From positions 1 to 32,000 of the forward strand of contig JAPYVP010000003.1 of the NCBI GenBank assembly GCA_028276785.1: 32,000 bases of DNA. Reading direction: 5' to 3'. Position numbers and translations under genes: made by a program. Every line of letters begins with the position of its first letter. The stretch's first letter is position 1. The notes below the pieces were generated by a model that saw nothing but the letters and a program-made list of their open reading frames with translations, had not been told where the DNA came from and did not search any database. This DNA is from Candidatus Nanopusillus sp. Lineage in GTDB: Archaea > Nanobdellota > Nanobdellia > Nanobdellales > Nanobdellaceae. Of the stretch, positions 23,950 through 32,000 are shown one piece after another.

Positions 23950-26334
23950 ATGGCATCTGAAGATAATCAAAATAACCGAAAAGAATTAAAATTAAAAGTT
24001 GCAGAAGCGATTCAAAACGATTTATATAGAGGAATTGTTAGAATTGATGCTGAAGCTATGAAAGAACTTGGAATAAGAATTGGGGATATTGTTGAAATTG
24101 AAGGAAAGAAAAAAACAGTTGCAATTGCCCAATTATTGCCTCCACAGGATTATGGTCTTGGAATAATCAGAATGGATGGTATTATAAGAAAAAATGCAAA
24201 TGCTACATTGGGTGGATATGTTACTGTAAGGAAAGCAATTGTAAAAGAAGCACAGAAAGTTGTATTAGCTCCAGCAGCAAAGGGGGTTATATACCAATTT
24301 AATACTAGTTATATAAATTATATAAGGAGATTATTAGAAGGAAGACCAGTTGTAAAAGGAGATAATATTGTTATATTTACTGGATATAGAAGGAAGTTTG
24401 ATTTATTGGATGAAGAATTTGGATTTTCAATATTTTCAGATCTTTTTCCCGCTTTGGGATTTTCAAATGAGCTTAGGTTTAATGTTGTAAATGTAGTTCC
24501 AAAGGGTGCAGTAGTTATAACTGAAAATACAGAAATAGAAATATTACCACATGCTGTAGAAACAAAAGGAGAAATACCAGAAGTTACTTATGAAGACATA
24601 GGTGATATGGAAGAAGTTGTGCAAAAGGTTAGAGAACTTGTAGAATTACCATTAAAATATCCAGAATTGTTTGAAAAACTTGGTATTGAACCCCCAAAGG
24701 GTATATTATTATACGGTCCCCCCGGTACAGGTAAAACATTACTAGCAAAAGCAGTTGCAAATGAAAGTGGGGCATATTTTATTGCAATAAATGGTCCTGA
24801 AATAGTATCAAAATATGTTGGAGAATCTGAAAAAAGATTAAGAGATATATTTGAAGAGGCAAATAAGAATGCGCCTTCAATAATATTTATAGATGAAATT
24901 GACGCAATAGTTCCAAAGAGAGATGAAGCAATTGGGGAAGTTGAAAGAAGATTAGTAGCTCAATTATTAACATTGATGGATGGGTTAAAGTCAAGAGGTA
25001 AAGTAATTGTAATTGCAGCAACAAATAGACCAGAGGCTATAGATCCTGCATTGAGAAGACCGGGAAGATTTGATAGAGAAATAGAAGTTCCAGTACCAAA
25101 CGAACAAGGTAGATATCAAATATTAAAGGTGCATACAAGAAACGTTCCATTGGGTAAAAAGGAAGGTGATAAATATGTATTATTATCTGAGGAAGAAAAA
25201 GACAAATTAATTAAAAAACTAGCTTCAATTACGTATGGTTATGTAGGTGCAGATCTTGCTGCTTTAGTAAAAGAAGCCGCAATGAATGTTATAAGAAGAA
25301 TATTGCCAGAAATTGAAAGGTATGAAGGTAAGATACCGCAAGAAATTTTAGATCAGATGGTTGTTACTGAAGAAGATTTTATGAATGCATTAAAAGTTGT
25401 ACCTCCATCTGCAATGAGGGAAGTATTAGTAGAAGTACCAAAAGTAAGATGGGAAGATGTTGGTGGATTAGATGGAGTAAAATTAGAATTAAAAGAAGCT
25501 GTTGAATGGCCAATAAAAAATAAGAAAATATATGAAAAACTTGGTATAGAACCACCAAAGGGTATATTATTATACGGTCCCCCCGGTACAGGTAAAACAT
25601 TACTAGCAAAAGCAGTTGCAACAGAAATAGGAGCAAACTTTATTGCAATAAAAGGTCCTGAAATATTTAGTAAATGGTTTGGGGAAAGTGAAAAAATGAT
25701 TAGAGAAATATTTAGGAAAGCGAAACAAGTAGCCCCCGCAGTAATATTCTTTGATGAAATTGATGCAATAGCACCAAGAAGGGGTTCTAGTGTAGGTACA
25801 AATGTTTATGATAGTATTGTGAACCAATTGTTAGCAGAGATGGATGGTATAACTACTAGAGGAGATGTAATTGTAATTGCAGCAACAAATAGGCCAGATA
25901 TAATCGATCCAGCATTATTAAGACCAGGAAGATTTGATAGAATAATATATATACCACCTCCAGATTATAAGGCAAGGTTAGAAATATTAAAAATAAAGAC
26001 AAGAAATATGCCATTAGCTCCAGATGTTAATTTAGAAGAAATTGCAAGAATTACAGAAGGATATAGCGGTGCTGATTTAGAATTACTTGTAAAAGAAGCT
26101 GCAATAAATAGAATAAGATTACTATATGAATCAAAAAGAAAACAAGGATTAAAAGAAGAGGAAGCACTAAAAGAATTAGAAAAAGAAGATATAAAAATTA
26201 CTATGAGTGATTTTAAGTCTGCATTAGAAAAAGTAAAACCATCAATAACAAAAGAAATGGAGAATTATTACAAAGTGTTTGCAGAAACATTTAGAAAAGG
26301 AATGATAGGAAAGGATAACAAGTATTATGGATAA
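23950..26334 (+). CDS. cdc48: Cdc48/VCP/VAT-type double-ring AAA+ ATPase
   Basis: N domain [38 protein letters not shown]. Two AAA modules, each with GPPGTGKT, a Walker B motif (IIFIDEIDA and VIFFDEIDA) and ATNRP..IDPALxRPGRFDR. C-terminus ...KYYG (HbYX-like). Confidence 0.95.
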   Translation: MASEDNQNNRKELKLKVAEAIQNDLYRGIVRIDAEAMKELGIRIGDIVEIEGKKKTVAIAQLLPPQDYGLGIIRMDGIIRKNANATLGGYVTVRKAIVKEAQKVVLAPAAKGVIYQFNTSYINYIRRLLEGRPVVKGDNIVIFTGYRRKFDLLDEEFGFSIFSDLFPALGFSNELRFNVVNVVPKGAVVITENTEIEILPHAVETKGEIPEVTYEDIGDMEEVVQKVRELVELPLKYPELFEKLGIEPPKGILLYGPPGTGKTLLAKAVANESGAYFIAINGPEIVSKYVGESEKRLRDIFEEANKNAPSIIFIDEIDAIVPKRDEAIGEVERRLVAQLLTLMDGLKSRGKVIVIAATNRPEAIDPALRRPGRFDREIEVPVPNEQGRYQILKVHTRNVPLGKKEGDKYVLLSEEEKDKLIKKLASITYGYVGADLAALVKEAAMNVIRRILPEIERYEGKIPQEILDQMVVTEEDFMNALKVVPPSAMREVLVEVPKVRWEDVGGLDGVKLELKEAVEWPIKNKKIYEKLGIEPPKGILLYGPPGTGKTLLAKAVATEIGANFIAIKGPEIFSKWFGESEKMIREIFRKAKQVAPAVIFFDEIDAIAPRRGSSVGTNVYDSIVNQLLAEMDGITTRGDVIVIAATNRPDIIDPALLRPGRFDRIIYIPPPDYKARLEILKIKTRNMPLAPDVNLEEIARITEGYSGADLELLVKEAAINRIRLLYESKRKQGLKEEEALKELEKEDIKITMSDFKSALEKVKPSITKEMENYYKVFAETFRKGMIGKDNKYYG
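24673..24760 (+). repeat. Intragenic repeat copy 1 (cdc48 D1 Walker A region)
   Basis: 88 nt matching 25534-25621 with 2 mismatches, 67 nt of it perfect (24694-24760). Offset 861 nt, in frame. Confidence 0.9.
25534..25621 (+). repeat. Intragenic repeat copy 2 (cdc48 D2 Walker A region)
   Basis: Partner of 24673-24760. The perfect block is 25555-25621. A further 26-nt perfect match lies at 25003-25028 and 25867-25892. Confidence 0.9.
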
Positions 26335-27049
26335 TTTTTCAAGGTATATTTCTCAAATAAAATTTTTTGGATTTGAAAAAAACAAAAGAATACAAGAAAC
26401 ATCCGTTGCGATTATTGGTCTGGGTGGTTTAGGTTCTTGGCTATCAGAATTTTTAGTGAGAATTGGTGTAAAAAATTTGGCAATTGTAGATTTTGATATT
26501 GTAGAAGAAAAAAATCTAAATAGGCAGAATTTTACAATTAGTGATATTGGTAAATTAAAGATAGATTCTATTGAAAAGAGATTAAAAGAAATAGATAATA
26601 ATGTAAATATAGAGAAATATAGAGAAATAAATAATAAAATATTTAACAGAGATATAATATTTGATTGTACTGACAACATTAAATCAAAATATTTAATAAA
26701 CGAGTTATCTGTATATTACAATAAACCATATATATTTGCTTCAGTTGTTATGGATCAAGGATTTGTTGGTTTAATAAATCCTAAGCAATTTTGTTTGTAT
26801 GATATATATAAAGGTAAGGAAAATGTGTTAACATGTGATATTACTGGTGTAAACTTTTCATCAGTAATCTTTGCGGTTTCTTTAATGTTAAAATTATTTA
26901 TAAATTATGTATTTGGAAATAGAGATGGAATATTATATCATTTTAATATAAGAGATAAATTCTATTTAGAAGAGATAAAAGTTAAAAGCGATAACTGCAA
27001 AATATGTAAAAGAAAAGAATTTGAATTAATATGGAACTATATGAAATAA
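26327..27049 (+). CDS. ThiF/MoeB/UbaA-family E1-like adenylyltransferase (short, no rhodanese domain)
   Basis: Nucleotide-binding motif VAIIGLGGLGSWLSEFLVRIGVKNLAIVDFDIVEEKNLNRQ. Also FDCTDN, the Cys in LTCDITG and a C-terminal CKIC. It overlaps the cdc48 stop by 8 nt. Confidence 0.8.
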   Translation: MDNFSRYISQIKFFGFEKNKRIQETSVAIIGLGGLGSWLSEFLVRIGVKNLAIVDFDIVEEKNLNRQNFTISDIGKLKIDSIEKRLKEIDNNVNIEKYREINNKIFNRDIIFDCTDNIKSKYLINELSVYYNKPYIFASVVMDQGFVGLINPKQFCLYDIYKGKENVLTCDITGVNFSSVIFAVSLMLKLFINYVFGNRDGILYHFNIRDKFYLEEIKVKSDNCKICKRKEFELIWNYMK

Positions 27050-27864
27050 TAAATGAGATAAAAAATAAGAAAGAATTGAGAAATATATCTGATAGAGTAG
27101 TTGAAAATATATTGAAAAGAGAATTAAGAAAAAGACAACATCTATATGAAAGATTATCTTTAATAAAAAATATAAAGCAATTGAAAAATGATGAAGAATT
27201 TTATTTATTGTTTAAAGAAGTAAGGAGAATTTTACATGAATTATATGGTCTATATACTCCAAAAGAAGATAAAGAAATAGATAGGATATTGTTTAATAAT
27301 GAAATGACATTGGAACAAAAAATAATAGAACTATTAATGTTAACAAGGTCTACTGCTGAAAGAATAAATTTCTATAAAGAAATATACAAGAATATATTTA
27401 TTGAAAAACCTTTGGAAATATTAGATTTAGCATCGGGATTGAATCCAATATCAATTTATTTCTCAGATCAAAAACCCAAAAAATATTATTATGTAGATAT
27501 ATCTGAAAAAATATTAGATATAAATTATCAAATATTAAAAGAATTAAATATTGAAAATGAAGGATGGTTAATTGATTTATTGGATCCAGATGATAGAATA
27601 TTCAGACATTATCAATATATATTCTTTTGGAAGATATTTCCAATATTGGAAAAATATGATTTTTATGCACCAAGAAATTTATTATCTAAGCTAGATTTTG
27701 ATTATTTGATAATATCTTTTCCTCAAAAAAGCATTGGAAAAAAGAGAAATCTTGGTTTAGCTTGGAGATATAAAATTAAGAGATTTGTAACATATAAATT
27801 AAAATATAAAGTAATTAAAGAATTCGACATTCCATATGAATATTTTATTATTGTGGGGAAATAA
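27031..27864 (+). CDS. FmrO-family methyltransferase, a homologue of the ArmA/Rmt 16S rRNA (guanine1405-N7)-methyltransferases
   Basis: Collinear with ArmA/RmtB as I recall them: IKNKKELRNISDRVVENIL, VRRILHELYGLY, TRSTAERINFYKEIYKNIF, ILDLASGLNPISIY (motif I, compare LD(I/F)xCG(L/F)NPLALY), YYVDIS, FFWKIFPILEK and LIISFPQKSIGKKRNLG. It overlaps the E1-like gene by 19 nt. Confidence 0.72.
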   Translation: MELYEIINEIKNKKELRNISDRVVENILKRELRKRQHLYERLSLIKNIKQLKNDEEFYLLFKEVRRILHELYGLYTPKEDKEIDRILFNNEMTLEQKIIELLMLTRSTAERINFYKEIYKNIFIEKPLEILDLASGLNPISIYFSDQKPKKYYYVDISEKILDINYQILKELNIENEGWLIDLLDPDDRIFRHYQYIFFWKIFPILEKYDFYAPRNLLSKLDFDYLIISFPQKSIGKKRNLGLAWRYKIKRFVTYKLKYKVIKEFDIPYEYFIIVGK

Positions 27865-28195
27865 TATTTTTCAATTTTAGTAAATCTTCTTTATTATATT
27901 TTTTTAATTTATTATTTGAAAATATCCATAATTCAATATCAACATTATTAGAATCTTTATATTTTTCTGCTAAATGATATAATTCATATAAATCAATATA
28001 ATTAATGTTATTTATATCGATATCTCTTTTATTCTTTTTAACTTGAATTAACCTTACTTTTCCTTCTTTATTTATTGCAATTATATCTATAGCAGAATGG
28101 GAACCAGGAGTTCTCCATGCATCATATCCTTCTTTTTCTAGCATCTTTTTTACTTTTTGCTCATAATAATAACCAATTTTATATTTACTTCCCAT
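27848..28195 (-). CDS. hjc: Hjc-like Holliday-junction resolvase (PD-(D/E)xK fold) with a non-canonical QxK
   Basis: The sequence GYYYEQKVKKMLEKEGYDAWRTPGSHSAIDIIAINKEGKVRLIQVKK is collinear with Hjc (E..., G..v.R..gS...D(l/i)iA....ExK), but Gln51 replaces the second acidic residue. The 3' end overlaps the convergent FmrO-like gene by 17 nt. Confidence 0.68.
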   Translation of the reverse strand: MGSKYKIGYYYEQKVKKMLEKEGYDAWRTPGSHSAIDIIAINKEGKVRLIQVKKNKRDIDINNINYIDLYELYHLAEKYKDSNNVDIELWIFSNNKLKKYNKEDLLKLKNIISPQ

Positions 28196-28246
28196 TTCAA
28201 ATATAGAAATTTAAACAATTAAAAATATTGTTTTAAATATATTTCT

Positions 28247-31200
28247 ATGGATATAAATGATTATTTTGCAGAAATTAAGAAAAAGACATTAGAGGCCTAT
28301 GAAATTGCAAAAAAAGCAAGATCTTTATCTTTAGATCCTGTTAATGATGTTGAAATACCAATTTCTGAAGATATGGCCGAGAGAGTAGTTAATTTATTAT
28401 CAACTATTGATCCTATTATAAAAGAAATAAATTTACCAGAAAAAATTAGAGAAATAGAAAAAACATATAAACCACTTTCATTTTCTACAATATTAAAAAT
28501 ATCAGAGTATGTAGCAGAACAAATATATAATAAAACTAAAGATAAAATTAGAGCTATAGAACTTGGATTAAGGGCAGGTTTTGCATATCATACTTTGGGT
28601 GTAGTAGCTGCTCCGACGGAAGGAATTGTAAAAGTAATAGCAAAAAAAAGAATGGATGGAAAAGAATACATTTCTGTATTTTATGCTGGACCAGTAAGAT
28701 CCGCTGGTGGTACCCCACAGGCATTTTCAGTTGTAATTGCAGATTTTTTAAGAAGGAAATTTGGATATGAAAAATATGATCCTACGGAAGATGAAATCCA
28801 AAGATATATAATTGAAATTTATGATTATAAGAGGGCAGCTCATTTACAATATACACCAAAGAATGAAGAAATAGTGTTTGCAGTTAGAAATTTACCAATT
28901 GAAATAAATGGAGAACCTACAGAAAAAATAGAAGTTTCTGCATATAAAGATTTGCCAAGAGTTGAAACAAATTATATAAGAGGAGGGGCTGTTCTCGTTC
29001 TTGCTGAAGGTATATGTCAAAAGGCTAAAAAAATATGGAAAGAATTATCAAAAATTGCAAAAGATTTTAATTTAGAAGAATGGTCTTGGTTAGATGAATT
29101 AAAAAAATTGCAAGAAAAATTACATGGAGGATCTTCTGATTCCTCTGAAATAGTAAAACCAAATAAAAAATATTTAGAACAATTGACTGCTGGGAGGCCA
29201 ATATTTTCTTTACCATCTGCTAAGGGTGGATTTAGATTAAGAATGGGAAAATCAAGGACAAACGGACATGAAGCATCTTCCATACATCCAGTTGCAGCAA
29301 TTTTAACATATAATTTTTTAGCATGGGGGACCCAATTTGCTGTAGAGAGACCTGGAAAAGCTTCTGCAATTACATTTTCAGATACAATTGAACCTCCTGT
29401 AGTAAAGTTAAAAGACGGTTCTGTAATAAAGGTAAAAGATGAGAAAAAGGCAAAAGAATTAGTTGAGAAGAATTTAGTAGAAAAAATATTATTTTTAGGA
29501 GATATTTTATTTACATATGGAGATTTTTTAGATAATGGACATCCTTTAGTTCCTTTAGGATACTGTGAAGAATGGTGGATATTGGAATTTGAAAAAAATG
29601 CGAAAGAAAAAGTAAATGGATTTGAGGTTGTTTTTGATATGTTTAAACCAAGGAAATTATTTGAAATAAAAAATTTAGAAAAATTATCAGAATATTTGGA
29701 TATCGATAAAAATACTTTAGAAAATTACATCAGAGATCCGCTAAGAAATAAACCAGATTTCATTAATTCATTAAAGATATCTATATTATTAAATGTTCCA
29801 TTGCATCCGGAATATACATATTTCTGGAAAGATATAAGTTCACAAGACTTTACACATTTATTAAATTATTTAAAAGAAAAGGCAAAAATTTCGTATAAAG
29901 AAATTAAAATAAATGATGAAAATTATAAAATTGCCGATAAAATTGAAATTGAATATGATGATAGAATAAAGAATATATTAGAAGAAATATTAATTGAGCA
30001 TAAATTGGAAAATAATAATATTATAATCGAATATCCAAACTCAGCATCATTATATATACAGTTAGGATATTTTGAAAAAGTTCCAGAATTAAATAATGAA
30101 AAAAATGGATATGAACTGGTAAATAAAATATCAAAAGTTATTGTTAGAGATAAGGTTGGTACATATATTGGGGTTAGAATGGGAAGACCCGAAAAAGCGA
30201 AAATTAGAGAATTGAGAGGTTCAATAATGGTCCTATTTCCCGTAGGAGAAGAAGGGGGAAGGATGAGAAATCTTTTAGAATCAATGAAATATCAAAAAAT
30301 TGTTTCAGATTTAAGAACTTATTATTGTCCAAATTGTAAAACATATGTTCCATATAAAAAATGTATATTTTGTAATTCAGAAACAAAATTATTGAAGACA
30401 GAAGATGGAAAAGAACATAAAAAATATGCAATACAAATTTCTAAATATGTAGAAGCGGCATTAAAAAATCTTGGATTGGATCCTTCTCAATTGCCAAAAA
30501 TAATAAAGGGACCAGAAGGTTTAAGTTCAAGAAATAAACAACCAGAAAGATTGGAAAAGGGAATATTAAGGGCAAAATATGGTATATTTGTATTTAGAGA
30601 TGGAACAGTAAGATTTGATGCCATAGAGGTACCAATTACATACTTTAAACCAAAAGATTTAGTATATACCCCAATAGAAAAATTAAGAGAATTGGGATAT
30701 ACTCAAGATATTTATGGAAATCCATTAGAAAATGAAGACCAGATATTGGAATTAAAACCTCAGGATATTATATTACCAACAATAGGTCCATTAAAGAAAG
30801 GTGGTAAACTAAAAAAAGATGGATTTTTAATTTCTTTAATAAATACTGCCAAATTTATTGATGAAGAATTAGAAAGATTATATAAAATGAATAAATATTA
30901 TAATGTAAAAAGACCGGAAGATTTGTTAGGCCATCTACTAATTGTTTTAGCCCCACATACTTCTGCAGGTACTGTTGGAAGAATAATAGGATTTTCAAGA
31001 ACTCAGGCATTACTTATGCATCCAATGATGCATGCTGCAATAAGAAGAAATTGTGATGGGGATGAAGGAACAGTATTATTATTATTAGATGCTCTATTAA
31101 ATTTCTCTAGAGAATATTTACCGGATAAAAGAGGAGGAACTATGGATGCTCCATTAACAATTACAATAAAGGTTAAGGGAATGGAAATAGATGATGAAGT

Positions 31201-31804
31201 ACAAAAGTTTGATACTGTTTGGAATTATCCACTAGAATTGTACGAAGCAGCATTACAATATAAACCTCCAGAATCTGTAAAGATACAAATATTTAAAGAA
31301 AGAATTGATACATCAGAAGAATATATAAATTGGGGATTTATGCATGATATAAATTCTATTAGTGAAAATGGGAATAAAGTTTCTGCATATAAATCTTTAG
31401 GAGAAATGTTAGAAAAGTTGAATTTTGAATTAAAATTGGCAAAATTATTAAGATCTGTAGATCCAAGTACTGTTGCAAGTTTAGTAATAAATCTACATTT
31501 TGCAAGAGATATAAAAGGTAATTTGAGAAAGTTTTCCGAACAAGAATTCAGATGTATAAAATGTAATAAAAGATTTAGAAGGCCACCTTTATCTGGAAAA
31601 TGCGATAGATGTGGAGGAAGAATTGTAATGACCGTTCATTATGGTAGTGTTGTAAAATATCTAGAACCAAGTTTGTGGCTAGCTGAAAAATTAAAATTAG
31701 ATGAATATACGAGTTCTAGTTTAAGAGCATTAAGGATGAAAATAGATCAAACATTTGGAAATCAATCTAAGGAAAGGCAAATCAAAGATTTCTTTAATTT
31801 GTAA
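28247..31804 (+). CDS. polC: DNA polymerase II (PolD) large catalytic subunit DP2
   Basis: 1185 aa. Catalytic motif AAIRRNCDGDEGTVLLLLD, the PHTSAGTVGRIIGF motif, and zinc modules CPNCKT..CIFCNSE and CIKCNKRF..CDRCGG. No intein. Confidence 0.95.
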   Translation: MDINDYFAEIKKKTLEAYEIAKKARSLSLDPVNDVEIPISEDMAERVVNLLSTIDPIIKEINLPEKIREIEKTYKPLSFSTILKISEYVAEQIYNKTKDKIRAIELGLRAGFAYHTLGVVAAPTEGIVKVIAKKRMDGKEYISVFYAGPVRSAGGTPQAFSVVIADFLRRKFGYEKYDPTEDEIQRYIIEIYDYKRAAHLQYTPKNEEIVFAVRNLPIEINGEPTEKIEVSAYKDLPRVETNYIRGGAVLVLAEGICQKAKKIWKELSKIAKDFNLEEWSWLDELKKLQEKLHGGSSDSSEIVKPNKKYLEQLTAGRPIFSLPSAKGGFRLRMGKSRTNGHEASSIHPVAAILTYNFLAWGTQFAVERPGKASAITFSDTIEPPVVKLKDGSVIKVKDEKKAKELVEKNLVEKILFLGDILFTYGDFLDNGHPLVPLGYCEEWWILEFEKNAKEKVNGFEVVFDMFKPRKLFEIKNLEKLSEYLDIDKNTLENYIRDPLRNKPDFINSLKISILLNVPLHPEYTYFWKDISSQDFTHLLNYLKEKAKISYKEIKINDENYKIADKIEIEYDDRIKNILEEILIEHKLENNNIIIEYPNSASLYIQLGYFEKVPELNNEKNGYELVNKISKVIVRDKVGTYIGVRMGRPEKAKIRELRGSIMVLFPVGEEGGRMRNLLESMKYQKIVSDLRTYYCPNCKTYVPYKKCIFCNSETKLLKTEDGKEHKKYAIQISKYVEAALKNLGLDPSQLPKIIKGPEGLSSRNKQPERLEKGILRAKYGIFVFRDGTVRFDAIEVPITYFKPKDLVYTPIEKLRELGYTQDIYGNPLENEDQILELKPQDIILPTIGPLKKGGKLKKDGFLISLINTAKFIDEELERLYKMNKYYNVKRPEDLLGHLLIVLAPHTSAGTVGRIIGFSRTQALLMHPMMHAAIRRNCDGDEGTVLLLLDALLNFSREYLPDKRGGTMDAPLTITIKVKGMEIDDEVQKFDTVWNYPLELYEAALQYKPPESVKIQIFKERIDTSEEYINWGFMHDINSISENGNKVSAYKSLGEMLEKLNFELKLAKLLRSVDPSTVASLVINLHFARDIKGNLRKFSEQEFRCIKCNKRFRRPPLSGKCDRCGGRIVMTVHYGSVVKYLEPSLWLAEKLKLDEYTSSSLRALRMKIDQTFGNQSKERQIKDFFNL

Positions 31805-31805
31805 T

Positions 31806-32000
31806 ATGTTTATATTATCTGGATTGGGACAAAATAAGGATGAAATACCTTATGGATTAATAGAAGAAATAAAAAGTGCAGATTTAATATTTTTAGAGTA
31901 CTATACGAATTTTATTGATGAAGAAACAAAAGAATTTTTATTAAATATAAGAAAAGATATAAGGATTGTTGATAGGAATTTTGTAGAATCTGATTTAGAA
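31806..32000 (+). CDS. dphB: Diphthine synthase (DphB/Dph5), N-terminal 65 codons; continues beyond the right edge
   Basis: The ATG lies 1 nt after the polC stop. The translation MFILSGLGQNKDEIPYGLIEEIKSADLIFLEYYTNF... matches the tetrapyrrole-methylase-type N-terminus of archaeal diphthine synthase (FIGLGL..D(I/L)T..G......D.V..E.YTS). Confidence 0.75.
   Translation, partial: MFILSGLGQNKDEIPYGLIEEIKSADLIFLEYYTNFIDEETKEFLLNIRKDIRIVDRNFVESDLE

Noticed and set aside
24673-25621. The cdc48 internal repeat as a mobile element or a tandem-duplication artefact.
   Set aside because: Both copies are in frame within the homologous Walker A regions of a normal two-module AAA protein, and the flanking sequence diverges as expected for ancient D1/D2 paralogy. 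I kept it as a gene-conversion candidate, not as a mobile element.
26327-28195. E1-like gene plus nuclease-fold gene plus methyltransferase as a ubiquitin-like or CBASS/Bil-type antiviral defence island.
   Set aside because: There is no E2, JAB/DUB, Ubl, cyclase or effector gene in the window. The flanking genes are core housekeeping (cdc48 and PolD). The nuclease-fold gene is convergent and looks like ordinary Hjc.
1-32000. Split tRNA halves, tRNA introns, additional structured RNAs (rRNA, SRP, RNase P), transposases, integrases and prophage remnants.
   Set aside because: By eye, the only GC-rich islands outside coding sequence are the two complete, intron-less tRNAs. No ORF shows transposase or integrase motifs, and no terminal inverted repeats were noticed. 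A computational scan could still find something I missed.

Overview
This is a very AT-rich (roughly three-quarters A+T by eye, not computed), extremely gene-dense archaeal window. I call 31 protein genes (two truncated by the window edges), 2 tRNA genes and 1 candidate box C/D sRNA. Most products were recognised from sequence motifs recalled from memory; no database search was possible.

The content is core information processing:
- Replication and repair: PolD large subunit DP2, a single-chain primase, Hef helicase/nuclease, an Hjc-like resolvase, a DHH nuclease and an HhH-GPD glycosylase.
- Translation: MetRS, AspRS and ribosomal proteins uL3, L31e, L18e, uL13 and uS9.
- RNA modification: Trm1, Trm5, a SpoU-type methyltransferase and diphthine synthase.
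- Protein turnover: Cdc48, an M1 aminopeptidase and a rhomboid protease.
- dTMP branch: dCTP deaminase and a ThyA-like enzyme.
- Envelope: a processive-type GT2, a sequon-rich CWB2-like protein and a pilin-like protein.

The tRNAs are GC-rich in an AT-rich genome. That contrast, PolD, the fused-type primase, scattered ribosomal-protein genes and overlapping genes fit a thermophilic, reduced DPANN/Nanoarchaeota-like archaeon. This placement is inference only.

I saw no CRISPR array, transposon, integrase, prophage or obvious defence island, so I cannot claim a clear new multi-gene system. The leads most worth follow-up are:
- An overlapping cdc48 / E1-like / FmrO (ArmA/Rmt-like 16S m7G1405 methyltransferase family) gene string.
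- An 88-bp near-identical stretch (2 mismatches, 67 bp perfect) shared by the two AAA modules of cdc48, including rare codons.
- Fixed -32 TTTTAA promoter geometry for both tRNAs and a candidate C/D sRNA, which would give leaderless tRNAs.
- A cysteine-poor single-chain primase.
- A signal-peptide-less, sequon-rich CWB2 protein.
- A DHH nuclease translationally coupled to hef.
- A 512-bp non-coding gap of unknown function.
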